This document shows, piece by piece, positions 63,310 to 64,000 of a stretch of 64,000 bases of DNA; the first letter of the stretch is position 1, and every line of letters begins with the position of its first letter. The translations under genes were made by a program, and so were the position numbers. The notes under the pieces are model-generated. The model made no database searches. It had not been told where the DNA came from and worked only from the letters and a program-made list of their open reading frames with translations. Source of the stretch: Gammaproteobacteria bacterium (GTDB lineage: Bacteria > Pseudomonadota > Gammaproteobacteria > Ga0077536); contig JBFWUN010000001.1 in assembly GCA_050247235.1 (NCBI GenBank), forward strand, positions 103,630 through 167,629. The letters run 5' to 3'.

Positions 63310-63470
63310 GACCGTGCCGCCCCTCGGCGGCGGCGCCGGACGCACCCGCCGCGACCCGCTCGGGTACTTCCCCGTATCGCTCGGGCGCGCACGTCCAGTG
63401 CGCGCACGGCCGCCGCGGGGGCGTCCGGCACCGCCGCCCAGCCCGCGTCAATTCGTGCTCAGCAGACTTT
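63310..63470 (-). repeat. Palindromic intergenic element, copy 2 (homologous to 23780-23935, inverted)
   Basis: 31-bp arms 63326-63356 / 63408-63438; loop core matches copy 1; lies between convergent genes. Confidence 0.8.
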
Positions 63471-63472
63471 AC

Positions 63473-63814
63473 CTAGCGAAACTCCGCGTCGCGGAGCAGG
63501 CGCTCACACGGTGCGCCGTAGTGCCGGTCCAGCACCTCGATCCGGCGCCAGTCGCGACCGAATTCGTCCATCATCGTCCCCGACACGCGTTCCATCCGCG
63601 CGCGCGCGGCCGGGTCACCGTGGCGTCGGATCGCCTCGTTGAGTGCGAACTCGCCGGCTGAGTAGAGCCGATCGTAGTCCTGCATGCCGTGGCCGCGCGC
63701 CGCGAGGAAATAGTATGCAGCGCAGCTCGCGAAACCCGGGTCGGCAGGTTCGTTCACCGCATCCGCGCCGGCGAGCACCGGCAGCAGCGCGAGCAGCAGG
63801 CCCGCGCGAATCAC
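63473..63814 (-). CDS. Small secreted hypothetical protein
   Basis: Signal peptide MIRAGLLLALLPVLAGA; CAAYY...C pair; overlaps the upstream stop (GTGA). Confidence 0.6.
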   Translation of the reverse strand: MIRAGLLLALLPVLAGADAVNEPADPGFASCAAYYFLAARGHGMQDYDRLYSAGEFALNEAIRRHGDPAARARMERVSGTMMDEFGRDWRRIEVLDRHYGAPCERLLRDAEFR

Positions 63815-63999
63815 GCCGCCGCCTCGCGGGCCAGCCGGCGCATGGCCTCGCGCACGGACACGAACGCGATTTCCGCGGGATCCACCTCACCGGGCCGCCG
63901 CCAGAACAGCCCCAGCACCTCGTCGTTCAGGATCGTGTCGACTCTGGCCGGCACCGTGAATTCGAACATCGCATCCAGCGTCCAGTAGTTCACGTCGCG
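63811..63999 (-). CDS. Hypothetical protein, C-terminal fragment (runs off the window)
   Basis: Frame is open to the window edge; stop overlaps the next start. Confidence 0.5.
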   Translation of the reverse strand, partial: RDVNYWTLDAMFEFTVPARVDTILNDEVLGLFWRRPGEVDPAEIAFVSVREAMRRLAREAAA

Positions 64000-64000
64000 G

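Overview
High-GC proteobacterial chromosome segment, probably Gammaproteobacteria (rng-yhdP, nudJ-mnmA, alaC-hom-thrC-recJ, prfB-lysS, tldD, acnA). Housekeeping blocks alternate with accessory loci: a LuxR/Rieske/GST/BVMO catabolic cluster; an HvfABC-like MNIO (DUF692) RiPP cluster with an EGKCG-repeat precursor; an ICL-family lyase-LeuCD-like-LLM cassette between recJ and prfB; a GlgC paralog that has lost its catalytic residues; a lower-GC M.PvuII-like methyltransferase plus putative nuclease flanked by a 429-bp direct duplication of the acnA 3' end, with no integrase; and a ~10-kb general-stress island (sod, cls, osmY-, ytjA-, elaB/yqj- and csbD-like genes) with repeated sigma-54 -24/-12 motifs and its own receiver-less sigma-54 activator and two-component genes. 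A structured ~200-bp intergenic element occurs twice, with the same loop core but different stem sequences. No rRNA, tRNA, CRISPR or transposase was seen. All calls come from reading the sequence and recalling motifs; no searches were run, and several start codons are estimates.
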